Below, one piece after another: positions 31,262-40,879 of a DNA stretch of 64,000 bases. Position 1 is the first letter of the stretch. Each line of letters starts with the position of its first letter. Position numbers and translations under genes: made by a program. The stretch lies in IMG/VR virus record IMGVR_UViG_2912838376_000002, positions 64,001 to 128,000 of that record; one strand, given 5' to 3'. The notes beneath the pieces were generated by a model. It had not been told where the DNA came from, made no database searches, and saw only the letters and a list, made by a program, of their open reading frames with translations. The DNA comes from a virus. Taxonomy: Duplodnaviria; Caudoviricetes.

Positions 31262-31450
31262 TTTAAAACCCTTCCTTGCATATCTTTGCTGACTGATGTT
31301 AATTCTGACATATTCATCAATAATATACCAATTAAAATAGAATTAACGTTGGATGACATTTTATTTATTTACATATAAGTCTGATTATTCACTCATATAT
31401 AAACAAAAAAAGAAAGCTGAAATCATATAGATTAGAGCTTTCTTAATTAA

Positions 31451-31612
31451 TTACTCCCACCACCAAGAGATACCGCTTGTAAGTGCTTCTGCTTCTTGTG
31501 TGTAAGTAGTAGTATCTGTCTTCACAACTGACTCATTAAAATCGGCCGTAAATGTAAGGATCATCGCTAAAGCTGCAGTTGTTGAAAGACATACAATTAT
31601 TTTCTTAAGCAT
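31451..31612 (-). CDS. 53-aa secreted peptide precursor (MLKKIIVCLSTTAALAMILTFTADFNESVVKTDTTTYTQEAEALTSGISWWWE)
   Basis: Hand-translated; RBS GGAGGT; Sec-type signal peptide; overlaps the stop of the upstream membrane gene. Confidence 0.75.
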   Translation of the reverse strand: MLKKIIVCLSTTAALAMILTFTADFNESVVKTDTTTYTQEAEALTSGISWWWE

Positions 31613-32327
31613 CGGTTTTTACCTCCGTAATTTTTTTGGTATATTTTATTTCTGTCTCTGTTTTTTCTTTTCTTATCGCAAATACTAGAAGGATCATAAA
31701 TAATAGAGAAGAGCTAATAGCTAAAAATGTTAGATTTAAATCAAGACCTCTTACATGCGACATGAAAAATGACGCGGGCAAATAGACTGCTCCAAAAAGA
31801 GAAATTGCTATTACGAAATGCTTTTCTCGTTTAAAACGTATTTTTTCAAAATCAAAGTTGAAAGTCCAATCTTGAGAATAAAGAATGAATGCCATTACAC
31901 CATAGGTAAAACCAGAGATGATATCCATTGCGTAATTTCTCCAAATATGAGCCTTTAACTCAAGAGGGCTGAAGAATCCAAATGAGCAATATATAATTGC
32001 AATTTGAATGATCAGCGGAATAATCACACCTCCTGCAACTGTCACTACAAGTGACCAAATTACAGGAACCTTCTCTACAGCTGCTAAATAAAGAAAAGAT
32101 ATAACCATCCCTATAATCGGTACTAAATAACCAAGTCCATCATGCTGCTTATTAAAGTAGATTGAGTAATTGATTATACTAGTTAAAAATGAAATTACCG
32201 AAATTATAGTAATGTTTCGATGGAATCTTAAACGGAATATGGCACACATAATTGCATAGTTACCAATCCCTAAAATAGTCTGAGATAAAACAAACCATCC
32301 TAAGTTTGCAGAATTCAAGTACTTCAC
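31605..32327 (-). CDS. Polytopic (about 7 TM) membrane protein resembling a stand-alone AgrC-type sensor domain
   Basis: Nearly all hydrophobic helices; no kinase domain. Confidence 0.7.
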   Translation of the reverse strand: MKYLNSANLGWFVLSQTILGIGNYAIMCAIFRLRFHRNITIISVISFLTSIINYSIYFNKQHDGLGYLVPIIGMVISFLYLAAVEKVPVIWSLVVTVAGGVIIPLIIQIAIIYCSFGFFSPLELKAHIWRNYAMDIISGFTYGVMAFILYSQDWTFNFDFEKIRFKREKHFVIAISLFGAVYLPASFFMSHVRGLDLNLTFLAISSSLLFMILLVFAIRKEKTETEIKYTKKITEVKTDA

Positions 32328-32440
32328 CCCTAAACCCTTTGAATAAGTATAAGTTCTATTACTTTATTTATTCTGCCATACTCCGCATTAATATACCAAT
32401 TAACTTTACATAAACGTTCTATGACATCTTTGTCATTTTT

Positions 32441-33193
32441 CTAAGTATTCTTTTCAATCTGCCTTTTAAGTTTTTCATTTTCTTCTCTTAGGCTTCTCAT
32501 TTGTTGGTACATCTCGATCTCTTGATCAAATGACTTTACTAAATAAATAGAGTCATCATTCTTGTATCGAAATGGAATCACCCAGTAAGGGCGATTCTCT
32601 TGAAAAGCTTCGAGCTCTTGCTTTAAAAGCCAGTCTTTTGGAATACTTATCGTTTTTTCTCCTCGTGCGTTGATAGTACCTCGTTCTTTGCATTCCATTA
32701 AGTAGTCTTGGGTTTTAATGTCTCCTTTTGCATACCACAAAGCTCCGCTGTTCGCTTGACGTCTTGCGTCTACGATTGGTTTGTTCTTCATTGTTGGTGT
32801 GGCACCCATTGACGATAATATAATAGAAGGAACTGGTTTTTCTATCGGCTTAGGAGGTTCTTCCTTTACCGGTTCATCAACTTGTATACGAGGCTTTTGA
32901 ATCTTTGTTTTTTTAGTACCCTGCTTAAACAAATCAGTTTGTTTATTTGTTTTATTAAAAGCAGCGTTCCACTTCTTCGTTACATCTTTTTCAAAAGCCA
33001 TGCCCTCTTTCTTCTCACTCTTATAAGTTCGGAAAGCAGCATTACGCTCAGCTTGTTTATTCGCTTCTCTCGCTTCTAGTTTTCGTGCTCTCTCCTCTTT
33101 ACTATTCTTGTAAAGACGTACTCCATCACATAAATGACAGAGAGCTGAGTTTTCACACTTGTTATGCGTTTCTTCATTGCACTTATGCAACAA
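32441..33193 (-). CDS. PD-(D/E)XK nuclease (Hjc-like resolvase) with N-terminal Cys cluster
   Basis: GMAFEK...SGA..YAKGDI....LMECK. Confidence 0.7.
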   Translation of the reverse strand: MLHKCNEETHNKCENSALCHLCDGVRLYKNSKEERARKLEAREANKQAERNAAFRTYKSEKKEGMAFEKDVTKKWNAAFNKTNKQTDLFKQGTKKTKIQKPRIQVDEPVKEEPPKPIEKPVPSIILSSMGATPTMKNKPIVDARRQANSGALWYAKGDIKTQDYLMECKERGTINARGEKTISIPKDWLLKQELEAFQENRPYWVIPFRYKNDDSIYLVKSFDQEIEMYQQMRSLREENEKLKRQIEKNT

Positions 33194-33461
33194 GACTCAA
33201 CTCCTCATCGCAACTAGATGTTTGCTTGAAATTAGAAGCATCTTCATTTAAGCCTGTGATAGTAACTACTCTGTGTTTATAACAAACAGCTTGATATCTA
33301 GATGTGACTAGAATGTAATGATCTTTAACTTTAGATTTCTTTTTGTATTTCACATCACGAGTAAGATCTCGATTAATTTGCATCACAACACGTTTTTTAG
33401 AAGCTGTTCTTTTCCCTACACGTTGCTTATACCTCCTGACAGCGTGTTCCGTAATCGTCAT
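33183..33461 (-). CDS. Small basic protein (ITEHAVRRY motif, possible RelE-like fold)
   Basis: RBS AAGGAG; motif by eye. Confidence 0.55.
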   Translation of the reverse strand: MTITEHAVRRYKQRVGKRTASKKRVVMQINRDLTRDVKYKKKSKVKDHYILVTSRYQAVCYKHRVVTITGLNEDASNFKQTSSCDEELSLVA

Positions 33462-33485
33462 CGTAAGTTTCTCCTTTCCTTAGTT

Positions 33486-33965
33486 TTATGACGCTCTACC
33501 TAAAGAAGAGAAAGATTCTTGTGAAACCACTAAATCCTTATCTAATTTAAGTAAGCCATTAATTGTTATTAGACGATTTTGCTTGTTAATAAGAACATCT
33601 AAAATTCCTTTAATAAACATGTATCGTTCTGTTGATTCTCGCTGCATATCATACAAAGTTAATCCTTCTTGCGTGGTAACTTTTCTTACTTCCATAACAG
33701 CGTTACGCTTTCTTTCATCTTCATTTTTCCCAGTCAAACCTACACGTTCAATTTCTTTTACCATTAAGTCGATTCTCTCTTTAGATGATTCTAAATCCGA
33801 GAATTGAATGCGAAGGGTTGAGTAGATATTGTCTATTCTTGAAAGGATGCTAATAGCCATCGCTGGGTTTACATCCGTCGGGATATGAATAGACTGTGTA
33901 TTTTGATTTAACTCTCTACGATAAGCTGCCCATTGCTCTGCGGTCATGTCTACGATTGGGTTCAT
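33486..33965 (-). CDS. Hypothetical helical protein
   Basis: Operonic ORF. Confidence 0.6.
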   Translation of the reverse strand: MNPIVDMTAEQWAAYRRELNQNTQSIHIPTDVNPAMAISILSRIDNIYSTLRIQFSDLESSKERIDLMVKEIERVGLTGKNEDERKRNAVMEVRKVTTQEGLTLYDMQRESTERYMFIKGILDVLINKQNRLITINGLLKLDKDLVVSQESFSSLGRAS

Positions 33966-33968
33966 ACA

Positions 33969-34583
33969 TTACTCCTCCTTACTTTCTTCTAATAGAGATA
34001 ATGTACGCTCTAAGATTTGCTTGTGTAGTTCTTCGACAGATAATGTACCGTCTAAAATGATCGCATTACCATCTTCCTCTTCTAACTTCATATAACGAAG
34101 ATAAAGATCACGAGCTCTTGTTAACAATTCCTTATCGCTTTCGTACTTATCGTTTTCGCCATGCTTTCCTTTTCTTTTCATTGATTCTTCTGGTTCAATA
34201 TCCAAAAAGATTTGGAAGTTAGGCTCCGGCATACGGTCCAATAAACTTGCTGTAAAATCAATATCGACACCATTCGCTGTACTGTAAACAAGTTGACTTA
34301 CTAAGTATCGATCTAAGATAAGAACATCTAACTTCTCAGCTAATTCTTCAAACCAGTTAAGCTGAGCATACTTATCCGCTGCCATAATACATTCGATTGC
34401 AAGTTGCCCTGGGTTATATTCTCCATCAAGAAACTGACGGATTAATCCACCCGTTGGTGTATCATAACGATGAAATTCAGATTGTTCTACATTGTAGCCA
34501 CGTTCATATAAGGCTTCGTGTAGTTTATCTGCTTGAGATTTCTTACCCGACTTATCTAAACCTTCTAGTGCTATAATAATCAT
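33969..34583 (-). CDS. tmk: Thymidylate kinase
   Basis: IALEGLDKSGK, ILDRY..SQLVY. Confidence 0.92.
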   Translation of the reverse strand: MIIIALEGLDKSGKKSQADKLHEALYERGYNVEQSEFHRYDTPTGGLIRQFLDGEYNPGQLAIECIMAADKYAQLNWFEELAEKLDVLILDRYLVSQLVYSTANGVDIDFTASLLDRMPEPNFQIFLDIEPEESMKRKGKHGENDKYESDKELLTRARDLYLRYMKLEEEDGNAIILDGTLSVEELHKQILERTLSLLEESKEE

Positions 34584-35062
34584 GCTGCTTTCACTCCTCC
34601 TGTGCTACCAAAACCGCCAGTACGAAGATCTGAAGCGTAATCATCATCAGCTGTAAGATAAGGAAGGAAAATGCCTTGAGCGATACGATCCCCATGATTC
34701 ACAACAAATGGTTCTGTTCCTTCATTACGAAGTAGGATGCGAATATGATTACCATAGAAATCAGAATCAATAACGCCAGTTGCATTTTGTAAGGTTAAGT
34801 CCTTCCCATATGCTAAGCCGCTTCTTACAAATAAAGCTAACCACTCATCTTCTTTCATATAAGCAGTTAAACCTGTATTAATAATCGCTTTTGAATTCGG
34901 TAGAATAACATAATCACCAATTGCAGCAATGTCATAACCTGCTGCGTTAAGTGTCTTACGAGTCGGTTTTAAAACCGAAAAGTTTTCGAAGTGCTCTTTA
35001 AAGTCCTCTAACACTTCAAAACCTCTAACCTTTTTGAATTTAAATAGATTTAAAATATTCAT
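34580..35062 (-). CDS. dut: Trimeric dUTPase
   Basis: AAGYDI, RSG, GVIDSDF, DRIAQGI, RTGGFGSTG. Confidence 0.95.
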   Translation of the reverse strand: MNILNLFKFKKVRGFEVLEDFKEHFENFSVLKPTRKTLNAAGYDIAAIGDYVILPNSKAIINTGLTAYMKEDEWLALFVRSGLAYGKDLTLQNATGVIDSDFYGNHIRILLRNEGTEPFVVNHGDRIAQGIFLPYLTADDDYASDLRTGGFGSTGGVKAA

Positions 35063-35092
35063 GTTGGATGTTACCTCCTGGAGAATAACGAC

Positions 35093-37054
35093 TTAAGCCG
35101 TTTGTATCATGACCGTTTTATAATCGTCTGGAATCTCTCCCAAGAACGGACTAGGTTTTTGTCTAATCGGTTTCTGGGAACCATACTCATACTTAAAGGC
35201 AGAATGAGTTAGGTACAGTCGTTTTCCAGCTCTGGTCATAGCTACATACATTAAGCGTCGCTCTTCTTCCAAGTCTGAGAGTTTTTGCTTAGAACGATAA
35301 TGTGGGAACACATCATCTTCCGATCCAATCACGAATGTTTCAGGCCATTCTAAACCTTTAGCAGAGTGAACAGATGTTAAAGTTACAAAATCGTCCTCAT
35401 CTTCATCTGAATCCCCATCTAAAGTAATTTCGGAAACAAATTGAGCCAAGCTATTTATTTCTTTTTCTTGAGCATCCCAATGACGAGCATAATCACGTAA
35501 ATGAGTTACGTTTTCGATTCTAGCTTCATCTTCTTCTTTTTCCTTATCAAATTGACCCATAAAATCAGTCCTCTTAATAAGTGTTTGCATAAATTTAGTA
35601 GCAGAAAATTCACCGACTAATGCTAATTGACTAAGCTCTTGCATTAACGTCGCAAAGTCTTTAATCTTTGCAACTGTCGATTTATTAATCTTTGATTGTG
35701 CTGCTACTTCATCAATGTTTTGTAAAGCAACAAAGAACGGGATTCTTCTTTCATGAGCAAACGCATAGATTTTCTCAATTGTTGTTTTACCAATCTTACG
35801 ACTAGGTACATTGATAACTCTTTCAAGTGCATAATCATCTGTTAAGTTATGACTTGCACGAATATACGAAACAAGATCTTTGATTTCTTTTCTATCATAG
35901 AAAGAAGTCGTTCCTACAATCTTGTATGGAATATTCTCATCACGTAAAGCGAGTTCTAAATGCTTAGATTGGAAGTTCATTCGATAAAGAACAGCAAAGT
36001 CTTTCCAATCACATTGAGTCGCTTTTCTCATATTCACAATCATCCGAGCAACAAAATCTGCTTCCCTCGATGCATCATTGAATCGGAACACATGAATGTC
36101 ATCCCCTACTCCACTTACAGAGAATGCTTCTCTTTCTAATCTCATCTTGTTGTTACCAACTAATGAGTTGGAAGCATTAACGATTTTTTGAGTAGAACGA
36201 TAATTTTCTTGTAACAATATCAGCTGAGTCTCCGGATGGATCTTCTGATAGTTTAAGATGTTTTCAATTTTCGCTGCACGGAATGAATAAATAGATTGAT
36301 CCGCATCACCAACTAAGAAAATGTTTCCGTGTTTTTGAGATAACATTTCAATCAAATCAAATTGAATTTTGTTGGTGTCCTGAAATTCATCTATAAGTAT
36401 GTAGCGAAATGTGTTTTGATATCTTCCTAATAACTCTGGATTATTTTGAAATAAATGAACCGTTTTAAGAAGTAAGTCATCAAAATCAAAATAATTATGA
36501 ATCGCTTTTAAGTCTTCATATCGTTGATAAATATGAGAAACAGCAAGCTTCTCTTTATCTCCAGTATTTTCGGTTTGTGCTTGGCCAGGACTTATTCCGG
36601 CATTTTTCCATGTGGAAACTTGAGACATCAGATTGTAAACAATTGTCTTGTCCGCTTCTAGTCCTAATTGAACAGCTGCAGTCTTCATAATTGCCTTTTG
36701 GTCTGTATCATCCATTAGTGTAAACATATCTATTCCTAGATGATGAATGTTAGTAGATAGGATACGGTTACAGATACTATGGAATGTACCAATCCAGCTT
36801 TTAGAAGCCCGACTATCCATACCAGCTACTCGTTCCTTCATTTCTTTAGCAGATTTATTTGTAAATGTAATGGCAAGAATACGCCAAGGATCTACACCCT
36901 GCTCCAGTAAATAAGCAATACGAGTAGTTAAAACTTTTGTTTTTCCAGAACCAGCTCCAGCCAACACAAGGACTCGTCCTTCTGTTGTTAAAACTGCTCT
37001 TTGTTGGCTACTATTTAATGTACCCATCAAAGGATTCTCTACTGTAGCTAACAC
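35093..37054 (-). CDS. pcrA: PcrA/UvrD SF1 helicase
   Basis: AGAGSGKT, DEFQDTN, VGDADQSIY, NYRS, HSAKGLEW, EERRLMYVAMTRA. Confidence 0.95.
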   Translation of the reverse strand: MLATVENPLMGTLNSSQQRAVLTTEGRVLVLAGAGSGKTKVLTTRIAYLLEQGVDPWRILAITFTNKSAKEMKERVAGMDSRASKSWIGTFHSICNRILSTNIHHLGIDMFTLMDDTDQKAIMKTAAVQLGLEADKTIVYNLMSQVSTWKNAGISPGQAQTENTGDKEKLAVSHIYQRYEDLKAIHNYFDFDDLLLKTVHLFQNNPELLGRYQNTFRYILIDEFQDTNKIQFDLIEMLSQKHGNIFLVGDADQSIYSFRAAKIENILNYQKIHPETQLILLQENYRSTQKIVNASNSLVGNNKMRLEREAFSVSGVGDDIHVFRFNDASREADFVARMIVNMRKATQCDWKDFAVLYRMNFQSKHLELALRDENIPYKIVGTTSFYDRKEIKDLVSYIRASHNLTDDYALERVINVPSRKIGKTTIEKIYAFAHERRIPFFVALQNIDEVAAQSKINKSTVAKIKDFATLMQELSQLALVGEFSATKFMQTLIKRTDFMGQFDKEKEEDEARIENVTHLRDYARHWDAQEKEINSLAQFVSEITLDGDSDEDEDDFVTLTSVHSAKGLEWPETFVIGSEDDVFPHYRSKQKLSDLEEERRLMYVAMTRAGKRLYLTHSAFKYEYGSQKPIRQKPSPFLGEIPDDYKTVMIQTA

Positions 37055-37069
37055 GCTATCTCCCCCTAT

Positions 37070-37299
37070 CTACAGTTTTGCTAATTGATAAGCAGCAAGA
37101 ACTTCTGTTGATAGTTCCCATTCGATACTGGCAGCTTCAATCGCTTCGTGATCTTCTTCGGCATAATAAAGGCCAATAACAACTTCTTTTGAACTTTTAA
37201 ACTCTATCCAGTCTTTTCCCCTGGCTCTCCATTTGGATGAGTTAATACACCTGTTGGATCAGTGTAACTTGCTATTGTAACAACTAAAAATGGAATCAT
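37070..37299 (-). pseudogene. Frameshifted ~76-codon ORF
   Basis: RBS AAGGAG + ATG at 37299; stops after 31 codons at CCA GGG GAA AAG ACT GGA TAG; the -1 frame stays open to TAG at 37070. Confidence 0.55.
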
Positions 37300-37480
37300 A
37301 TAAAGTCTCCTTTCAGTTCTGCATAGATATTAAAATGTCTATGTAATTAACTACCTATCAAACTTCCATCACAACTATCCACTTCAACTTCTTATGGAAA
37401 CGTAAGCAGTTAAATCGGATTCGTCAATAAGTCAGCAAAAAAAATAAGACGAGTATTTAAACTCGTCTTACAAGGTGGCA

Positions 37481-37699
37481 CTATTGCTTGGAATCTTTCG
37501 TCTTAGGCGCTACTTTATTATCTTTTACCAGTGTCATTACTGACGCTACAAAAGTAAGAACAGCCGCAATCTCCGTTTCACCTACAACAGGTAACGGTTG
37601 TTGACCTTTGGCAACCAAGTACTGGTTCAGCCAAGCTAACGCAAAGACAATAATACGAATTAATGCCCCTTTGTTATCCATAATAAATTCTTTGGACAT
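37481..37699 (-). CDS. SPP1-family holin
   Basis: DNKGALIRIIVFALAWLNQYL..G..PLP...KDN motif. Confidence 0.85.
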   Translation of the reverse strand: MSKEFIMDNKGALIRIIVFALAWLNQYLVAKGQQPLPVVGETEIAAVLTFVASVMTLVKDNKVAPKTKDSKQ

Positions 37700-37810
37700 A
37701 TGCAACACCTCGAAAAAGAAAATATGGTACTTAGCTACCATAACGATTTACGGAAGCAAGAACCATATCATACTTTTTCTATTCCTAACTTAAACCACAT
37801 GAAACAAGTC

Positions 37811-38662
37811 TTATTGAGCCTGTGGCATGTTGAATAAGTTACCTGATTGTGGTTGCTGTGCTACTTGAGCTTGTTGCATCATACGATTATCGTGAATCGC
37901 TTTAACAGCCGCTCCAATTTCGTTAATTTTTACATTTGCAATTTCTTGTGTAAGATTAGCAGTAATCTTGAATTGCTCATAAATCTCTTTCATTTTAGCT
38001 ACTACAGCATCTTGTGAAGCCCCTGCACCTAATGATAATGTTGCCATTTGTGTTGCTAAATCACGTATTACAATCTTCTGTTGATCTGTAGCTGCATAAG
38101 GGTTCTGTTGCTGTGGTGGATTCTGATACTGCTGTTGTTGCTGATAATTCTGGTGTTGATAGTTTTGAGGAGCCTGATTAGGCCCCTTATCATCAGAATC
38201 AACTGGTAAATCTTCACCAGCGTATACATATAGTCCAAGTCCATGACCTGCAATAGCTTTCACCTTTGCACGTTGGATACTGTTATTGATGTCAAATGTT
38301 GTAGGTTTAGCGATTGGTTTATTACGGAAGTCTAATACTGGGAAAGGTTCAGAGACAGAAACACCATTTACGATAACTTCTACTTCTACAAAGTAGCCAA
38401 GAGCGGTTCTTATATATGGTACTAAAAGACCACCTGTTTCAGGCTCAGGGAAACGTTTTACATTAATCTTTGCATCAGGATGTTTTCGTTTAAGTTGTTC
38501 AACTGCATGAGCCCAACTCATATAAGAGAATCCATTTTTCTTTTCTAGGTATTTCGTTACATCCATACCTGCCATTTCCGCAAAATAGTTCTTTTCTAAT
38601 TTAACGGGTTCTTCTACAACGTCTTGCTCTACTGGTGGAGCTTCTGTAGTTACTGCTGTCAT
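37811..38662 (-). CDS. Sak-type (DUF1071, Rad52-like) single-strand annealing protein
   Basis: EKKNGFSYMSWA, FDINNSIQR.KVKAIA.HGLGLYVYAGEDLP; ATG at 38662 after AGGAGG. Confidence 0.9.
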   Translation of the reverse strand: MTAVTTEAPPVEQDVVEEPVKLEKNYFAEMAGMDVTKYLEKKNGFSYMSWAHAVEQLKRKHPDAKINVKRFPEPETGGLLVPYIRTALGYFVEVEVIVNGVSVSEPFPVLDFRNKPIAKPTTFDINNSIQRAKVKAIAGHGLGLYVYAGEDLPVDSDDKGPNQAPQNYQHQNYQQQQQYQNPPQQQNPYAATDQQKIVIRDLATQMATLSLGAGASQDAVVAKMKEIYEQFKITANLTQEIANVKINEIGAAVKAIHDNRMMQQAQVAQQPQSGNLFNMPQAQ

Positions 38663-38785
38663 TTGTTTTCCTCCTTGATTACTCTGGAACATATAAGTCC
38701 CTCCCCACATTAATTGTTGAGGGTATTCACTTTTTAAGAAAGGAAGCCCCTTTTTCAAGGAGCCTTTGCTCTAGTTGGGTAAGTC

Positions 38786-38995
38786 TTAACAATCATTCAT
38801 GATGTTCGAAAACTGCTCCGGAGTTGTATGTTTAGAAATAGAACGAATAAGACAAGCTACATTAGGTTGCTTTTTTGAAGAAGTTTCTACTTGTTTAAGT
38901 ACTTCCACATGTCCTTTTCCTTTGCACATACTACAAAAGCCACTCTTCACAATACCGGTGCCATCACACCATGAACATGAACGATCTATTAACAT
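38786..38995 (-). CDS. Small DnaJ-type zinc-finger protein
   Basis: CSWCDGTG, CSMCKGKG. Confidence 0.65.
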   Translation of the reverse strand: MLIDRSCSWCDGTGIVKSGFCSMCKGKGHVEVLKQVETSSKKQPNVACLIRSISKHTTPEQFSNIMNDC

Positions 38996-38997
38996 AT

Positions 38998-39516
38998 TTA
39001 ACCCTTCCTTTCAAAAGTATATATACTGAACGGATGATCATTGTCCTCACTTTCTGCATGTCTTGCGTCTAGTTTAGCCGACCATTCCGAACTGTCTAAC
39101 ATAGGAAAGTATGAATCTGCTTCAGGGAACGAATGATGAATACGAGTAAAATAAACACGAGAAGCCATCGGTAGGAACAATTCATAAGTTTGTTGACCAC
39201 CAATAACAACGACCTCTTTATCTTTCGATTGTTCAATCATGAATTGAATGTACTCTAGGCTTTCAAAAACAAGATTCTCATCTACTAAATGAAGATGGTC
39301 CATTGTTAAGGCCATTGGGCTTCTAGTAAGTACAATATTGAATCGATCCTTTAATGGTTTATGACCAAGTGAAGCAAAGGTTTTATAACCCATAATGATG
39401 GGTTTGCCTTTTGTCTTTTTTATGAAATGCTTCATATCGTCCTTCAATCGGCAAAGTAGTTTATTTTCAAATCCAATTGCATTGTTTTCATCTGCAGCTA
39501 CAATAAGGCTAATCAT
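38998..39516 (-). CDS. folA: Dihydrofolate reductase
   Basis: ISLIVA..EN.AIG, DMKHF, IMG.KT, VIGG, ADSYFP. Confidence 0.95.
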   Translation of the reverse strand: MISLIVAADENNAIGFENKLLCRLKDDMKHFIKKTKGKPIIMGYKTFASLGHKPLKDRFNIVLTRSPMALTMDHLHLVDENLVFESLEYIQFMIEQSKDKEVVVIGGQQTYELFLPMASRVYFTRIHHSFPEADSYFPMLDSSEWSAKLDARHAESEDNDHPFSIYTFERKG

Positions 39517-40373
39517 ACTGCAACCTCAATTTTCATTTGTGGGTGTTTCTCATAGTTTTCTAAGCGGAAATCATCTGCTGTAAAACTATAAAAATCTGTT
39601 TTTTCGGGATTAATCCATAAAGTAGGAGCGGCATAAGGCTCTCTTTTAACAAGCTCTTCTGCCAATTCAAGGTGTTTGTTGTAGATATGGCAATCTCCGA
39701 TAACATGTAACAATTCTCCTGCTTCTTGCCCAATATGACGAGCAACCATATGCAGAAGTATTGCGTATTCACATACATTAAAAGCATTTGCTGTAATAAA
39801 GTCCTGAGATCTTTGTTTTAAAATCAGATTCGTTTTCTTTCCATCTGACCAAAATTGCAAGTGATGAGCACATGGAGGTAAATTCATTCTTCCTGTATCA
39901 TCTACGTTCCACATTTCAATTATTGCTCTACGAGTAAATGGGTCTCGTTTCAATTCTCCCAAGACATAATCCATTTGGTTGTCGTAACCGAATATAGGTT
40001 TAGATACCTGATATCCGTATGCCTCACCAATTGACCCCTTTTTCTCTAATCGAACAAAAGGAAATGTTTTTAAGAATCTAAGTCTTGTTTTTTTGAATGC
40101 CCATTGGTTCCAAATCTTTGCTCTCATATCATTTACGTTGTTAGAACGTTTGCGATAAATCCAATCTACTTCATCAAAGATAGTTTTTAATGGTAGTGGA
40201 CGAGTTGTTGGTGCTGGGAATTCTTTTGATAAATCATAACGATTAACAACACCGAAAATTCGTTTTGTTGCAATTGGTGATCCATCTTCCCATACCGCAC
40301 GATTATCTGGAGTCCATTCTTGAGCCAATATACGTTTTAAAGTATCCTTCTGATAATCATCTATTAAAGCCAA
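39513..40373 (-). CDS. thyA: Thymidylate synthase ThyA
   Basis: RR, LPPC, QRSQD, AFNV, DCHIY; TTG start at 40373 after GGGAGG. Confidence 0.93.
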   Translation of the reverse strand: MALIDDYQKDTLKRILAQEWTPDNRAVWEDGSPIATKRIFGVVNRYDLSKEFPAPTTRPLPLKTIFDEVDWIYRKRSNNVNDMRAKIWNQWAFKKTRLRFLKTFPFVRLEKKGSIGEAYGYQVSKPIFGYDNQMDYVLGELKRDPFTRRAIIEMWNVDDTGRMNLPPCAHHLQFWSDGKKTNLILKQRSQDFITANAFNVCEYAILLHMVARHIGQEAGELLHVIGDCHIYNKHLELAEELVKREPYAAPTLWINPEKTDFYSFTADDFRLENYEKHPQMKIEVAV

Positions 40374-40441
40374 TTTCCATCCTCCCTTTTCTTTTCTTGC
40401 TATAACGTAAGGATTTAGAAATAGGAAAGTCAACCCGCGAA

Positions 40442-40861
40442 TTAGAGTAATTTCACTCGCTGAACATTCTCTTTTTCTACGTAGGAATCCAATAGAGAAA
40501 GTAAATAATCTTGAGAAGCTTTATTGATTTTTACTTCGTCATAGAATTTAACTTCTCCACCAACAAAGCTTTTTGATTGAGGAGCACGTAGGAAAAGTTC
40601 GCCTGAATTTTCTTTAGAGTTAAACACCACAATACGTGTTTCTCCAATCCCTGCATCAACTAACATCGTTGTGACAATACCAATCCCTTGTTGTTTGGTT
40701 GTAGGTTTAAATAGCTTCACCTTACGAATACCTAGTTCTGCATTTAAATAACCCGACTTGTTTTCTATGGTGAAACGTACTTCTGAATCTTTTGTGATAG
40801 TAGCAGTTGTTGACAATGTAATTCCCTCCAAATAAAAAGGCCCTCCACTAGGGAGAGCCAT
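40442..40861 (-). CDS. Hypothetical protein
   Basis: 139-aa ORF. Confidence 0.55.
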   Translation of the reverse strand: MALPSGGPFYLEGITLSTTATITKDSEVRFTIENKSGYLNAELGIRKVKLFKPTTKQQGIGIVTTMLVDAGIGETRIVVFNSKENSGELFLRAPQSKSFVGGEVKFYDEVKINKASQDYLLSLLDSYVEKENVQRVKLL

Positions 40862-40879
40862 GTTTGTTTTATTTATAAA

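Noticed and set aside
32421-32436. PlcR box
   Set aside because: ATGACA-N4-TGTCAT does not fit TATGNAN4TNCATA
39513-40373. ThyA as a dCMP hydroxymethylase (modified-base genome)
   Set aside because: It keeps the dUMP-specifying Asn (AFNV) and is coupled to DHFR; no base-modification enzymes are visible
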